A DNA stretch of 64,000 nt from contig OZ024746.1 of NCBI GenBank assembly GCA_964016885.1, positions 17,918,001-17,982,000 on the forward strand, written 5' to 3'. Positions within the stretch are counted from its first letter, which is position 1, and each line of letters begins with the position of its first letter. This stretch comes from Eledone cirrhosa (lineage: Eukaryota). Positions 12,287-24,720 of the stretch are shown here, piece after piece. The notes beneath the pieces are model-generated. The model worked only from the letters and a program-made list of their open reading frames with translations, made no database searches and was not told the origin of the DNA. The position numbers and the translations under genes are program-made.

Positions 12287-12941
12287 CAGTGCATCTTCGC
12301 TTATCCGGATATTGCTTTTCCGAAATTCGATTTACCAGACGGCTATTTCTACTCTACCTCCGGATGAGGAGGACTTGATTTCGGCAGACGGACAGATTCG
12401 GGCAGCATTTCTTCCGGCGAACGTACGTCACTTATTCAGCCAATGGACCAGGGAGTTTTGGAGACACTAAAGCGGATTTACAGAAAACAATTGCTGCGGG
12501 ATTTGATCGGAAAAGGGGACACGGGAATGATTCCATTTTTACGTGTGATAAACATGAGGGAGGTGGTTGACCGTTCAACTGTTGTGTGGAAATGGTAGCG
12601 GAACGACGAGCTTCGGCGCGAAAACAATCTTCTATTTATTCATTTTTAAAAAAGTACTAACTTTTTATGGTTTGACTCAATTCAATTTTACCAAGTTTTT
12701 AATCATTCTTATGCTTGTTTAATTAATTTTCTTATAAATTCTAGCTGTTCTTTTGTTATTCTAATAAACTTTCTTTACTTAGCATTTGTCTTTTATTTTG
12801 ACTAAAAGAAGCCAAAACATTAGAAACCACGAGCATTATGTAACAATGGGATTTTAGAATTCACTTATCCGGATATTTCACTTAACCGGATCTTTTTCTA
12901 ACTGTTTGGTTTTGACCGTCCGGATAAGCGAAAATTCACTG
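12287..12941 (+). mobile_element. Internally deleted pogo/Tigger DNA transposon
   Basis: TIRs CAGTGCATCTTCGCTTATCCGGA / CAGTGAATTTTCGCTTATCCGGA flanked by TA. Internal DDE-domain remnant FLPANV../LIQPMDQGVLETLKRIYRKQLL. Confidence 0.88.
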
Positions 12942-13446
12942 TATATATAGCAAGGGTAAAAAATATAACTCTGCATGAAGAGAGCTATATTGGAGAGTAT
13001 ATGATTGCCAAATAATTTTATACAAAGCTTGACTTTTTTTACTAACTGTGTCAGGATTGGTGGCAACACCAAAACAATTGTAAGGTATTAAATGAAATAA
13101 AAACTTTATTTTATCTTTTTGTTTGGTTTTATATATATCACGCAAATTCATGAAGTGTTTCATATATTTTTTCACACACTGTAAATGTGGTTGGTGTTAG
13201 GAAGGGCATCCAGCTGTAGAAACCAAGTCAAAAGTAGTTCTATATGAGCAAGTGATGGTCACCTGACCTGGCATTTCTTACAACTGAACAACCCATGCTA
13301 ACATGGAAAATGGTGATAATGATATATATAATTTTAATAAAATTAAACTAAGACATATGAGAACAGAAAATTTTATCAAATTAAACACCACTGGGGTGGG
13401 TGGGGGTGAACAAGGTGAAACACAGAAATTCTTTAGAAATACTTAC

Positions 13447-13598
13447 ATCATCATAGACTCCACCAAAGCACATGGCATGATTTGAACCAGGTACCATAAT
13501 GGAAGTCATACTGCTTCGTGGCTCAGGAGAGTAGCCAGACTGTTTTACAGGGTGCCATTTCCAATGCAATGACACCATACTGCTTTTCTCTTGTTTAC
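13447..13598 (-). CDS. KLHDC4: KLHDC4 exon 8
   Basis: 152 nt, GKQEKSSMVSLHWKWHPVKQSGYSPEPRSSMTSIMVPGSNHAMCFGGVYDD, CAG/GTAAGT boundaries. Confidence 0.93.
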
Positions 13599-13662
13599 CT
13601 GAAGGAAAAATTAGTGTTTCTTTTAAACAGATAATATTGATTTTCTGCATTTATTTTCATGA

Positions 13663-13880
13663 ACCTACATAAGCTCTTCCTCACACCACTGTCCCATTTT
13701 CAAGAGCCTACACAAACCAAGCTCTTCCTCACACCACTGTCTCATTTTCAAGAGCCTACACAAACTAAGCTCTTCCTCACACCACTGTCTCATTTTCAAG
13801 AGCCTACACAAACTAAGCTCTTCCTCACACCACTGTCTCATTTTCAAGAGCCTACACAAACTAAGCTCCGCCCCACCACA
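13663..13880. repeat. 48-bp minisatellite, about 4.3 copies
   Basis: Unit AAGCTCTTCCTCACACCACTGTCTCATTTTCAAGAGCCTACACAAACT. Confidence 0.92.
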
Positions 13881-14342
13881 TTCTTAAATTCTTTCTGCCC
13901 TTCAAACCCAATCTTTGCTAAGACAGTTTATCTGTAACCATAAGATCTTCACATCAGTGTCTCATCTTTCCATCTCATTCCACAACTAGTCACAGTCACT
14001 TTACATTATTCCCTGACATGATTGCAATCTAATGACTGGAACTAGAGCTCCCAATATGCATATGGCAGCTAGGAAGAATGGGCATTAAATGATTATAATA
14101 TATATATATATATGCAAAAAGTAAACAGAAATAACAAAGCCAACAACACAGTACAATGAAGAAAAATATTGGCTTAACGTTTGATATAATAGGAAAAGAG
14201 TCTTAACGTTTCGGACACTAGTCCTTCATCAGAAGATAGAATGAGAAATAAAAGATGAAGTAGAAAGATAGAGAGTGAGAAGAGGAAGGAATGGATGAAG
14301 AGATGTTAAATGAGGATGAATTTATAAGAAAATATATTTCAC

Positions 14343-14569
14343 CTTCTGGCATTAAAGCAAACATGTCGGTATGACAACATCCCTGGTCAACATCTTTCTT
14401 AATTGGTTGTTTACTGTAACCTCCAAATACGAAAATCTTGTTTAGATTTGGATCTGAAGCTAAAATACAGCCTGAACGAGGTGAGGGTGCAGTTCCAGTT
14501 ACTGTCACCTTAATCCAACTGTATGTTTCCAAGTTAAAGACGTGGACGTCATTGAAGTATTTATAATCT
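14343..14569 (-). CDS. KLHDC4: KLHDC4 exon 7
   Basis: 227 nt, DYKYFNDVHVFNLETYSWIKV...PSPRSGC...IFVFGGYSKQPIKKDVDQGCCHTDMFALMPE. Confidence 0.94.
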
Positions 14570-15030
14570 CTGTCAAATTAAAGAAATAACCATAATAATA
14601 ATTCGCGGTGATGTTGGTGATGATGATGAATTCTTTTTAACTCATTCAGTGTCCCCAAAACTGTACTGGTATGTTTTTGGAACTAAAAAGATGTGTTAGT
14701 ATGTTCTGGACACTGAAAGGGTTAAATATAAGTTCAAATAAAGTAAATAAAGCAAATTTGATCAAAATACCCTTCCATTTGGTTTCTGTTTTAGGCACAA
14801 GGCCAACAATTTTTTGGGTGGGTGGGTGGGGGGGACTTAAATCAACCTCAGTGCATTACTGGTACTTTATTTTATCGACCCTGTAAGGATAAAAGGTAAA
14901 GCTAACCTCGACAGGATTTTAACTCAGAATGTAAAGGGAGTAACTATATACCACAAAGCATGTTGTCTGGCTCTCAACCAATTTTCCCAATCCACCACCC
15001 CTAAAATTAAAATAATAATAACAATGATAC

Positions 15031-15123
15031 CTTGTATTGTCATTGAAACCACCAAAAATCACCAACATTTTTTTGTAGTTGACCATACGATGGCCACTTC
15101 GTGATGAAGGTCCTCCAACAGCC
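15031..15123 (-). CDS. KLHDC4: KLHDC4 exon 6
   Basis: 93 nt, AVGGPSSRSGHRMVNYKKMLVIFGGFNDNT, with the kelch RSGHRM/FGG motifs. Confidence 0.94.
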
Positions 15124-15374
15124 CTTCAATGAAAATAAAAAGATAAAAGGAATTACTGTAATGTCAGTAATAAGAAAAATATAAATTATTAACAAAGGTT
15201 CATGGAGAATTATAGATTTGTCAAAATGGGAGACATTGGCAGAAGGTTGAAAACCATTAGTATATTACAACAGGTAATACAGACCAAAATTAAATTGATG
15301 GAACATGAAATAAATACCATAAACATGTAGCTTGCCATGTTAATATCAATAAATTTTCATGGAGCGCAATAAAT

Positions 15375-15668
15375 CAGTGATTCTTAATTTGAGGCATACA
15401 CCCCAGGAAAACAATTTGAAAATGATGTTAATGAGAACAAACTTCAGGGTTTATTGTATTACTTTTACACTAAGGCAAGTTTGTTACATATTACTGTCAG
15501 AAAACTTCTGTCTCACCTCCTCCACATGTTTTATTGTGCAGCTGATACCAACTATAGGCCAATTTGTTTACACTTTGCAGTTGATCATCGTTGTTTTCAT
15601 ATCAGGGATGGGGGGGGGGGGGGATGTTGAGTTGTGGGGTATGGTGCACAAAAGGTTAGGAACCACTG
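15375..15668. mobile_element. hAT-like MITE (second copy in the opposite orientation at 43440-43713)
   Basis: CAGTGATTCTTAA...TTAGGAACCACTG termini. Body shared with 43440-43713 (the ORF translations match). Confidence 0.75.
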
Positions 15669-15750
15669 ATTTAGCTTCTTACATGAATAATAAAATTTAA
15701 AAAAACAAGAGAAGGAAAAAAAAGAACAAAAAAATAGGAAAGAAATTTAC

Positions 15751-15887
15751 TTCATTTTCTCCCATTTTTTATCTTTTAAATAAAACGCCCAGAGATCCTT
15801 GAAGTGGTAAAACTGAGATTGACTATGGTTGGAGAATTCACCACCAAATATCCACAGCTGGCCTCCACCTTGTTTTAACATGACAGC
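15751..15887 (-). CDS. KLHDC4: KLHDC4 exon 5
   Basis: 137 nt, AVMLKQGGGQLWIFGGEFSNHSQSQFYHFKDLWAFYLKDKKWEKM, a diagnostic KLHDC4/Kel3 segment. Confidence 0.95.
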
Positions 15888-16811
15888 CTGCAGGAGATAA
15901 AGAAAGAAAGATGTTAGATGTAACAACAATGTAATATGATGGGGATGAAAATCTTATTGTTAATCTGTATCATAATAACTCTACAGACTTTTTGTCTGGC
16001 TGTTACATGAACACACAATCTATCAAAAACGTTGTAGAGTTTTTATTGAGAATCCAATTGTTTTTCATCTGTAAGACAAAATGGTGGTAGTAGGAGAAAT
16101 GTTCTAAAACGCTTTTATTCAGATCAGAAGTCAGTTTTCTCTTTCAATGGTATTGTCTATTTATCTCTCCCAATCTGTGTGTGTGTGTGCATGTGTGTAT
16201 ATATACACACACAGAAATACAATTAGACAAAGTTTTATTAGACTGGAAAATTTTTGTTCCTAGGTTTGTTCCATCAGGGCTGACCCAGGGCTAAACTAAT
16301 ATTCTTTATTCTAAAACGTGGTTGAACAGTACTTGAAATGCTTTCAGGATCAAATTTCAAATCCCATAGATTGACTTTGCCTTTCATTTTTCCGGGGTCA
16401 AAAAAATAAAGTACTGGAGTCGATTTAATCGACCCCCCCTCCCCCCACACACACACACAAAAAGAAAAAATAAATTGCTGGCTTTGTGCATCATCATCAT
16501 CATCATCCTATATAAGAAACATTAATTCTTAGAAGTGAAATAAGGAACCTTACTGTTTCTTTATTGTTTTAATTGCTTCCAGAAATGGTTCCGTAGCGAA
16601 GGTACATAACTCTTCATTGTATCATCTAACTAAACAGAAATACATGCCACTACTAACCATGAAGAACGTGCAAAGTAGCTGCTTGACCTGCTAAAAATAG
16701 CAGAAAAATCACACTCAAATAACCTTACTGTCTAAACAAAAAAGGTAAGACACACTGAATAATGTGGTCTGACTCATTATAACTGGAAAACAAATGTGTG
16801 TGTGTGTGTGT

Positions 16812-17060
16812 GGGGGATTACTCAGGCTGACCTAGGGCTAAACAACGACAACTATATTTCTACCATTAAACTGTAAGTAGTAGGAAGGTGGTTACTCAGG
16901 CTGACCTAGAGCTAAACAATGACTGATATATCTACCATTAGATGATAAGTAATGGGAAGGTGGTTACTTTGATTGACCTAGGGCTAAACAACTGATACAT
17001 CTACCATCAAATTGTAAGTAATAGGAAAGTGGTTTCTCAGGTTGGCCTAGGGCTAACCAA
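16812..17060. repeat. Degenerate ~70-bp tandem repeat, about 3.5 copies
   Basis: Recurring GGTTACTCAGGCTGACCTAGGGCTAAACAA...TCTACCAT...TAAGTA..GGAAGGT. Confidence 0.75.
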
Positions 17061-17278
17061 TAAAATAAAGCACCAGTTAAGTACTGAGGTTGATATAAAC
17101 AACTTTCCTCCTTCCCATAAATTGCTGGCCTTGTGCCAATTTAAAATAAACAAACAGATTATTAACATAAAAATCCTGACATCAACCATTTCTTTAATGA
17201 TTGATCCTGCTTTAGAGATTTAAAATAATTACGCATGCAATTAATTAATAGAAAGGTGTGAGAAAAAGTCTGTCTTAC

Positions 17279-17377
17279 TTGATGGGAACTTCTGGGTGGT
17301 GGTGAATTGGGAGCAGTAACCTTGAACCACTCATTCTTCTTGATGTTGTAAAATAACAAGTCATTGTACATAAACAT
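17279..17377 (-). CDS. KLHDC4: KLHDC4 exon 4
   Basis: 99 nt, MFMYNDLLFYNIKKNEWFKVTAPNSPPPRSSHQ, CAG/GTAAGA boundaries. Confidence 0.95.
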
Positions 17378-19973
17378 CTGCAAAGATTAAACAAGGGTGG
17401 AAACAATGGGTTCAAAGGGAAAAAAACAAATGAAATAAGGAAACTTGTGATGAATTAGTTACATTCCATTTATTTTCAACCTTACTGTGCACAGCTTTAA
17501 TCCTTTAGCATTTAAACCGGCCGTATCTGGCCAGAATTCTCTTACAATTTTCTGTTCAAACAGGTTGTAACTAGCTGCTCATACTTATGTTAAGGTATTT
17601 TTCTCAAAATATATAATATCAAAATCTTGTAGGTTCAATATTATGTGAGGTAAAATGTTTACCATGAAAATACAATAGTAAATATAGAGTAATGTAAATG
17701 TTAAAGGGTTAATCACATACTAGGACAATGTGATTAACTATACAAGATTGAATAACAAAAACTTCTGGCAGCTTTACAGCTTCCCTTGTTTTCTATTAAA
17801 CATTTTTTTTTCTTTTATGTTTATTCTGCCCCTTGTTGACCATGCCTATATTAAATTTTTTTTCATTTTATTTCCACTTATCTCTGTATATCATGCTATA
17901 AGAAGTACCAGATACTTCCCCTAGTTTGTCATAGCTTACTAGCTCTATACTGACGTTTAAATTGATTAAATAGATAAATACACCTTCCCAAAATGTGACA
18001 TTATATCATTATCAGCACCATTTAAAGTCCATTTCCAATTTTAGCATGGGTCATACGAATTGTCCTGTTGTGAGACATTGTGTCCATATTAGAAATCAAT
18101 CATCCAGTCATTTGGAAATGTTGAAATCCAAACACAGAATCACTGCAATGATAATAGTGTTATAATATTGGGTAGACTAATTATTTTGTCTCAAACGGTA
18201 TTTAACCAATTTTTTAACGCTATTATCAATGCTTATAAATTTCAAATCATCCAAATGCCTTGATATATATATATATATATATATGAATATATATATATAT
18301 ATATGAATATATATATATAAACAATGAGTTATATGGTTTGTTGATTATCATTCAACAAAATTATTTTTATAACAAATTTGAAGCACTCTACTGTATTTAT
18401 CTGGAGTATTATTAATAAACAGAAAATCATCATCATCGTTTAACATCTATCTTCCACGCTAGCATAGGTTATATCATTTATTAATAGTTATTATATATAA
18501 CCCATGCTAGCATGGAAGATGAACGATGATGATGATGATATATATATATGTGAAGGCTTATGGCTTAGTGGTTAGAGCACTGGGCTTGCCATCATGAGGT
18601 TGATTCTCAGCCTGGGTGATGTGTTGTGTCCTTGAGCAAGACACTTTATTTTCCCATTGCACCAGCTTACTCAACTGTATCAGCCATTGTCTTTCCCTTG
18701 GTGTGGAGAGGGAAGACTGGTATGCATGGGCAACTGCTGGTCTTCCATAAACAACCATGCCCAAATTTGTACCTTTGAGGAGAACTATCTAGTTGCAAAT
18801 TCCATGGTCATTTGTGACCAAAGGGTGTCTCAGTCCACGCTGTATTGTGGCTGTGTAGGTAACACGGTAAAAACCTCCCAGTCCACACTGTAAACGTGGT
18901 TGGTGTTAGGAAGGGCATCCAGCCGTAGAAAACCTGCCAGACAGTCCTATACGAGCGAGACATGGTCTCCCGACCAATCTTGCCTCGAGTGGGACAATTC
19001 CCGTCTAAACCCATGCTAGCGTGTGGATGATAGACGTTAAACGATGGTGATGATGATGATGATTATTATATATATGTGTGTATATAGTATTTCAGTTGTT
19101 TACAAGTGATCCATACTTATCAAATGTACCTATAGCTACCAACAGAGTGGTAGTCTGGGTAGGTCAAGGAGTGGTACATGTCTTCTTAGCCACTGCCAAC
19201 CCCCATCCACCCCACCAAAAAGGCAGAGCAGCCTGAAGGAGAAAGTATGTTGTCAATGACAAGATAAAAACTGTCAACGCTCCTGAATACAGGATACAGT
19301 TATGAGGCTGTCTTGATTTGTTCAGTAATAAGGAATTTGTTACTGGTTTTCTCTACAACTTCCTTGTTTATCTTGTCATTGTCAATAAACAATACCTTCT
19401 CCTTCAGGCTGCTTAGCTTGGAAATCTCCAAATTAAGAGATCACAGATTCGATATGTTGGACAGACTTTTATGGGCAAAGCAAATCCTTCAGGAGACCCA
19501 GAGAAAATGGTGGGATAAGATTAATGAGCTTGGTTGGTCTTGCTTGGTGATCCAGCCAGATCAATTGGAGACAGTTGCTTTTGATAGGATCCTATAAAAG
19601 GCATGTCTGAGGACTCTACCCCAACGACCCTCCCACAAAGTCAAAGAAGACGATGATAACTGATCTAAATAGATAAATTTCATGACAAATTCATCGCCAT
19701 CATCATTTGATGTCCATATTTCACATTAGCATGGGTTAGATGAGTTGTCCTGTGTGTCAAGTCAGGTCAGGTGACTGTCTTGCTCATATAGAACTGTTTC
19801 TGGCTTGGTTTCTATGGCTGAATACCCTTCCTTTCACCAACCACATTTACAGTGTGTACTGGGTGCTTTTTGTCAAGATACCTACACGACCACTTTACTG
19901 TGGTCGTGTAGGTGTCTTGACAAATTAGAAATACAAAATTCAAAATTAACATTTATCCCAATCTGATACTCAC

Positions 19974-20052
19974 TTGTTTTCCATTATAATATTCACCTCC
20001 AAATAAAACCAGTTCTTCTTTATCTGGATGTGCTGTTAATGTGGCATTACAT
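19974..20052 (-). CDS. KLHDC4: KLHDC4 exon 3
   Basis: 79 nt, CNATLTAHPDKEELVLFGGEYYNGKQ, TAG/GTGAGT boundaries. Confidence 0.95.
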
Positions 20053-20539
20053 CTAAAACAAGAGAAGCACATCTGTTTATATCTCTCTCTATATATAAAC
20101 ACATATATATATATATCTATATAAGTGTGTGTGTGTCTATGACTTCTTTTCATTCAATATAGTTTCCTGTTTCTAAAGAAAGGTATAATGCTGGTCGACA
20201 TCTAGATTGGACCAAACTCTTGATTGTCTGCACCACCCTTACATTGCCAGCACAACCAGTAAGAACAGTCACCTGTACCACCAAGAGCATGTCTGAGAGA
20301 GCCACCACAATAGCAGATGCCTAAAGAGGGTTCCATTGGTTGCAATAGACTGGCTTCCAGCTTTTAAGCCATGCAGCTACTCTTCTAGTTATCCAATTAT
20401 ACTGAGACTACATAGTTTGTGACATATCATTCCATGGTCAACCTTAGTGAAAGTTTTTGTAAAGTCGAGATATATAACATACCTGTTTGATACACTGTCA
20501 TAAAGCTGTAAAAACTGTAAGGCAGCTTCTTTCAAGACA

Positions 20540-22040
20540 AAAGTCTTTGCTGTATGTATTCATCCATTGTACAATCTGCCTTCATTTTAAGGAAAAAACT
20601 TTTTGTAGCTAGCAGCGGTAGTAGCTTCCGGAACTTTCTCCATCCTGTTCTTACTCTGGCTACTCTACTTTTGGAACACCCTCCTCCACTGCTGATCTGG
20701 TCACACAGGAAACAGAAACTGTTGACTATTTCTACAGAGACGTCTGGGCATTTGAAAGAGCTACTAACCTGTGGGCACTTGCTACTTACTGCACTTGTGC
20801 ATCAGCCGCATATAGATAGCCTGCCTATGATCCCACTACATCTTTTATGTACCCATAGCTTGCATTTGGGACATAGGATGGAATTTCTACCTACACCTTC
20901 CCTGTACACTGAGCAAGGCTATTTCTCTGAGGGTCTGAACCCTGTTTTCCTTTCTCCATACTAGGACTTTAGTCTTTGACAAGTTAACTTTAAGATGTTT
21001 TGATTCCAAGTCATGCTTCCAGGTTTGGAATTTCTTCTCTAATTCTGCCATAGATTCAGCTATGAGGGCTAGTTCATCTGCATACTGGATTTCTCATGGG
21101 CAGCCAGTCTTAAACTCTTGTTATAACTTGTATGGCAATAATAAACAGGAGAGGGCTAAGGACGGAGCCCTGATGGGCACCTACCTGCATGCTAAATTCT
21201 TTACTATTGTCATTGTTAATTCTAACCTTGCTGACTGTTATTCTATACATGGCTTGTATTACCCTCACCACAAGCCACTCATCTACTCCTAGTTTTCTAA
21301 GAGCCCACCAGATAATGGAATGGGGAGAGGGCTCTGTGAAAGGCTTTCTCCAAGTCAATAAAAGTTAAGTAAATAAGAGGTTTATTTTAAGTTAGGTACT
21401 TTTCCTGCAGTTGCTTCACGAGGAAGAGAGAATCCGTGATATTTTTACCTGGCACAAACCCAAATTGCATTTCATCTAGGTTAACTTGGTCCCTAATCAG
21501 CTGTACGATAACTCTTTGTGTGACCTTCATAACCTAGTCAAACAACTTAATGCCTCTATAGTTTTCTTTGTCCAGAGCATCTCCTTTGGCCTTGTAGCAG
21601 TTAACAATGATGCTGCTATGCCAATCATTGGGTATGACACCATTTTGTATTATTTGGTTTACAATACGGGTCTCCATGGTGTGATCCACCATCTCAGATG
21701 TTATCAGATCTCGCTAACTACCCTCGAAAGTCCAGCTGCTTTGCTTATCTTCATATCCTTGATTGCCTTACTTACTATACTACTGCTAACTTACACAGCC
21801 AGTCTCTCTGTTGGGTCAACTTGGGGCAAACTATCTTCATCTCATTCATTCTCCTCATTTAGTATTCTTTCATAGTGGCACTTCCATGCTGCTTTCTTTT
21901 CAACATCAGTGAGGACGAGTACTCCATTAACATCATGGACACACTTCTCTTCAACATCGCAATTTTCTCTGACACATTGCTTCGCAATCCTGAACCCCTA
22001 CGTCTTTGGTCCTCACATTCTACCGAGTGCACAGGAGAGG
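20540..22040 (-). mobile_element. Degraded RTE LINE ORF2 fragment in KLHDC4 intron 2
   Basis: WWALRKLGVDEWLV, VGAHQGSVLSPLLF and YADE RT motifs with stops and frameshifts. Confidence 0.88.
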
Positions 22041-22112
22041 TTCTCATGTCTTTGACACACACACATATATATACATATACACTCATACATACATACATAC
22101 ACACACAATTAC

Positions 22113-22204
22113 CTTTGAGATGGAGGATCACATTTTTCCTCAATAACTTTATTTTTCTCGCGATCTTTTTCCTGAAATTCAGCAATTAACTTTTCTATAT
22201 CTTC
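22113..22204 (-). CDS. KLHDC4: KLHDC4 exon 2
   Basis: 92 nt, EDIEKLIAEFQEKDREKNKVIEEKCDPPSQ(R), TTTCAG/GTAATT boundaries. Confidence 0.94.
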
Positions 22205-22439
22205 CTGAAAAAATAAAATTTGAAAAGACTTTATGTTTTGCAAATGAGATTACAGAGTAGAGCTATGTGAAAATATACTGGATCAAGGGACATGCTTATC
22301 ACAAAGTAGAGATTTGGCAGAACTACACTTTATTCATTTGAAAATTATGCCTCTAGAAAATTAGAGTACTAAATTTAATTTCTATCTATTCAAAATCTGC
22401 AATTCAATTCTCCAAATTCAAAGGTAGCTTTATTTCTTT

Positions 22440-22712
22440 GCCCACTTATTCCAGGGAGGGTCATGGGGCAGAGTCCTCAAACACTCCTCCTTCGAGCTGG
22501 TCCTGTCAGAAGCAACCATCTCCAATTGATTCAGCTCGATCCCCAAATGAGACCAGCCGAGCTCATAGATGTTATCCAACCATCTTGCTCGTGTCTACCC
22601 CTGGGTATCCAGTCAGTTGGTTTTATCCGTAAAATCTGTCCAGTGATTCTTTCCTGAGACATTCTAACCACATGCTTGTAATATCAGAGCTGTGATCTCT
22701 CAATTTGGAAAA
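22440..22712 (-). mobile_element. RTE-like LINE 3' end, GAATAAGTGGG family (also 19405-19650 +, 48845-49245 -, 55340-56085 +, 57272-57410 -)
   Basis: Shared CCCACTTATTCC...CAAACACTC...CAACCATCTCCAA...CTCATAGATGTTATCCAA sequence. Confidence 0.8.
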
Positions 22713-23116
22713 CAAAAATATGTATATACAATTAAAAAAAGTTGATCTTGTGAAATTATACTTAGTTACATTAGCATTTGCAATGTAAGTTAGTACTGGA
22801 TGTGCATGAACTTGTTGAATCAACAAACCTTTCAAAAGCCTGTGTACCATAGAACAATTCATTTAAATATATGGGGTCTTTGGTAGTGTGGAGGTGCATG
22901 GCCTAATGGTAAGTTTATAGGACTTACGATCATAATGTTATGGGTTTAATTCTTGGACTGGGTTGTGTTTTGAGTTAAACACTTCTTTTCACGGTCTCCC
23001 GTATACTCAGCTGAAAATGAATACCAGCAGGAGGTGGGAGTTTAACCCTCGATAGACAGGCGTCGTGTCCAGGCTGGAGGGAGAGTCATGTACTCTCAGT
23101 CGCCTAACGTCACAGA

Positions 23117-23706
23117 TACACCTAGAATTTGCATCACCAGTCTGGAACCCCTATCTTGCTCAGAACATTGACCACCTGGAAACTGTTCAGAGACGTGCAA
23201 CCAAGCGAATACCCTCCATCAGGCATCTACCATACTCTGAACGCCTTGCTTCCCTGGGCATGGATACATTGAAGCTCCGACGTCTGGCAACTGACTTGGT
23301 AAACACCCACAAAATTATTAACCATCTTGCCAACAACAACCCTGAGTACCTTTTTGATTTCTATGTGTCTAACACACGTGGGCATGCCCTCAAAGTCAGA
23401 AAACAGCACAGCTCCCATGACCTTTGGAAACATTTTTTCACGCTCAGAGTTGCTGAAGCATGGAACAAACTACCTGCATCAGTTATTAGCTGTCGAGACA
23501 CTGCATCCTTTAAAACCTCCATGCTTCCTGAGATTCGCCAACACTACACCTAATATTCCCCCTCCATACACACGCACACATGTATATCATGACTCATACA
23601 CTATTCACTTCCCTGACATTTGTATATTATTCTATGACTATACATGTACCTTTGATGAGTTGTAGTGCACCTGAACACTGTACACAATAATTTCATTATT
23701 ATTATT
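23117..23706 (+). mobile_element. CR1/L2-clade LINE 3' fragment inserted into a family-A SINE
   Basis: HLEFASPVWNPYLAQNIDHLETVQRRATK...LKLRRL..DL..THKII...TRGH...FFTLRVAEAWNKLP with an (ATT)n tail. SINE head at 22890-23116 and SINE tail at 23707-23765. Confidence 0.88.
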
Positions 23707-24238
23707 ACTATACCGGGATAAACACCAACCTGATGAGCCTCCATGCTCGAGACAGACTTTAGACATTTTTTTGACGGTTTTTGAATGAAAGTCTTTTTAC
23801 ATAGTTCATGACACTATCTATGAGAAGACCAACTGCTTTAAAATTAATAATAATAATAACACTCCCCGGTCACATGTTTAGGTTACACATAAAATATTTA
23901 ATTTATTAGACAACGAAGTGTGTGATCTCTATATATATATATATAAGAAACGTGCTCATTCCATCAGTTACCCGTTCCAGCAAGGAATACTTTTCGAGGT
24001 GCCACATGTCAAGCATCTACCTCTACCCCAATGATAGATAACAATACTGTTTCGTTTCTAAGAAAGAATCTGATAAAATTCTCGTGATACACTGTGAGAT
24101 TAACTGTACTAAGAATTACAATAACATTTATGTCACAGCTTCTAGTGTATTTTCCCCTCTAATTATAAGGAGTCGTGTACAGTTAAAACGAGTATTTCTT
24201 GTTACACGTGATTCATCTACAACAAAACAGACACTCAC

Positions 24239-24352
24239 TTCTCCTTTGGCAGCCAATTCTTTCTTCAAACGCTTTTCAGCTTTTTTCTCTGTTTTCATCG
24301 TTGTTTTTTCCTTTCCTTTCCCTTTCGAATCTTTCTTGTTTTTCTTACCCAT
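24239..24352 (-). CDS. KLHDC4: KLHDC4 exon 1 (start codon; Lys-rich N-terminus)
   Basis: ATG at 24352, MGKKNKKDSKGKGKEKTTMKTEKKAEKRLKKELAAKGE, donor GTGAGT. The spliced CDS totals 1782 nt (593 aa + stop). Confidence 0.95.
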
Positions 24353-24672
24353 GGTCGTAAAGTTTTAAGTTCGAACCGTACTTCTAAGACTAATGCTTTC
24401 GGTGATAATCTTATTTCTGTATCCCTCTAAAAATATATCCTCTAGTGTTCATTTGGCATTGTCAAGATAGACAACTTGTTGGTACAAGCTGTCAATACAC
24501 TAAACCATTTTCGGTTGTTCCACTACTCATTTATAATTAATAGACCCCTATTAATTTTAAAATTATGTATAGTTCAATTGATTAATGAATAATGGAGTTA
24601 TTCATAATTTTTTATAGAGTTGTTTACTAAATGTCTCTAAGAAAATAATTGCATAGTTTAACGACAAACAAC

Positions 24673-24720
<48 letters not shown>

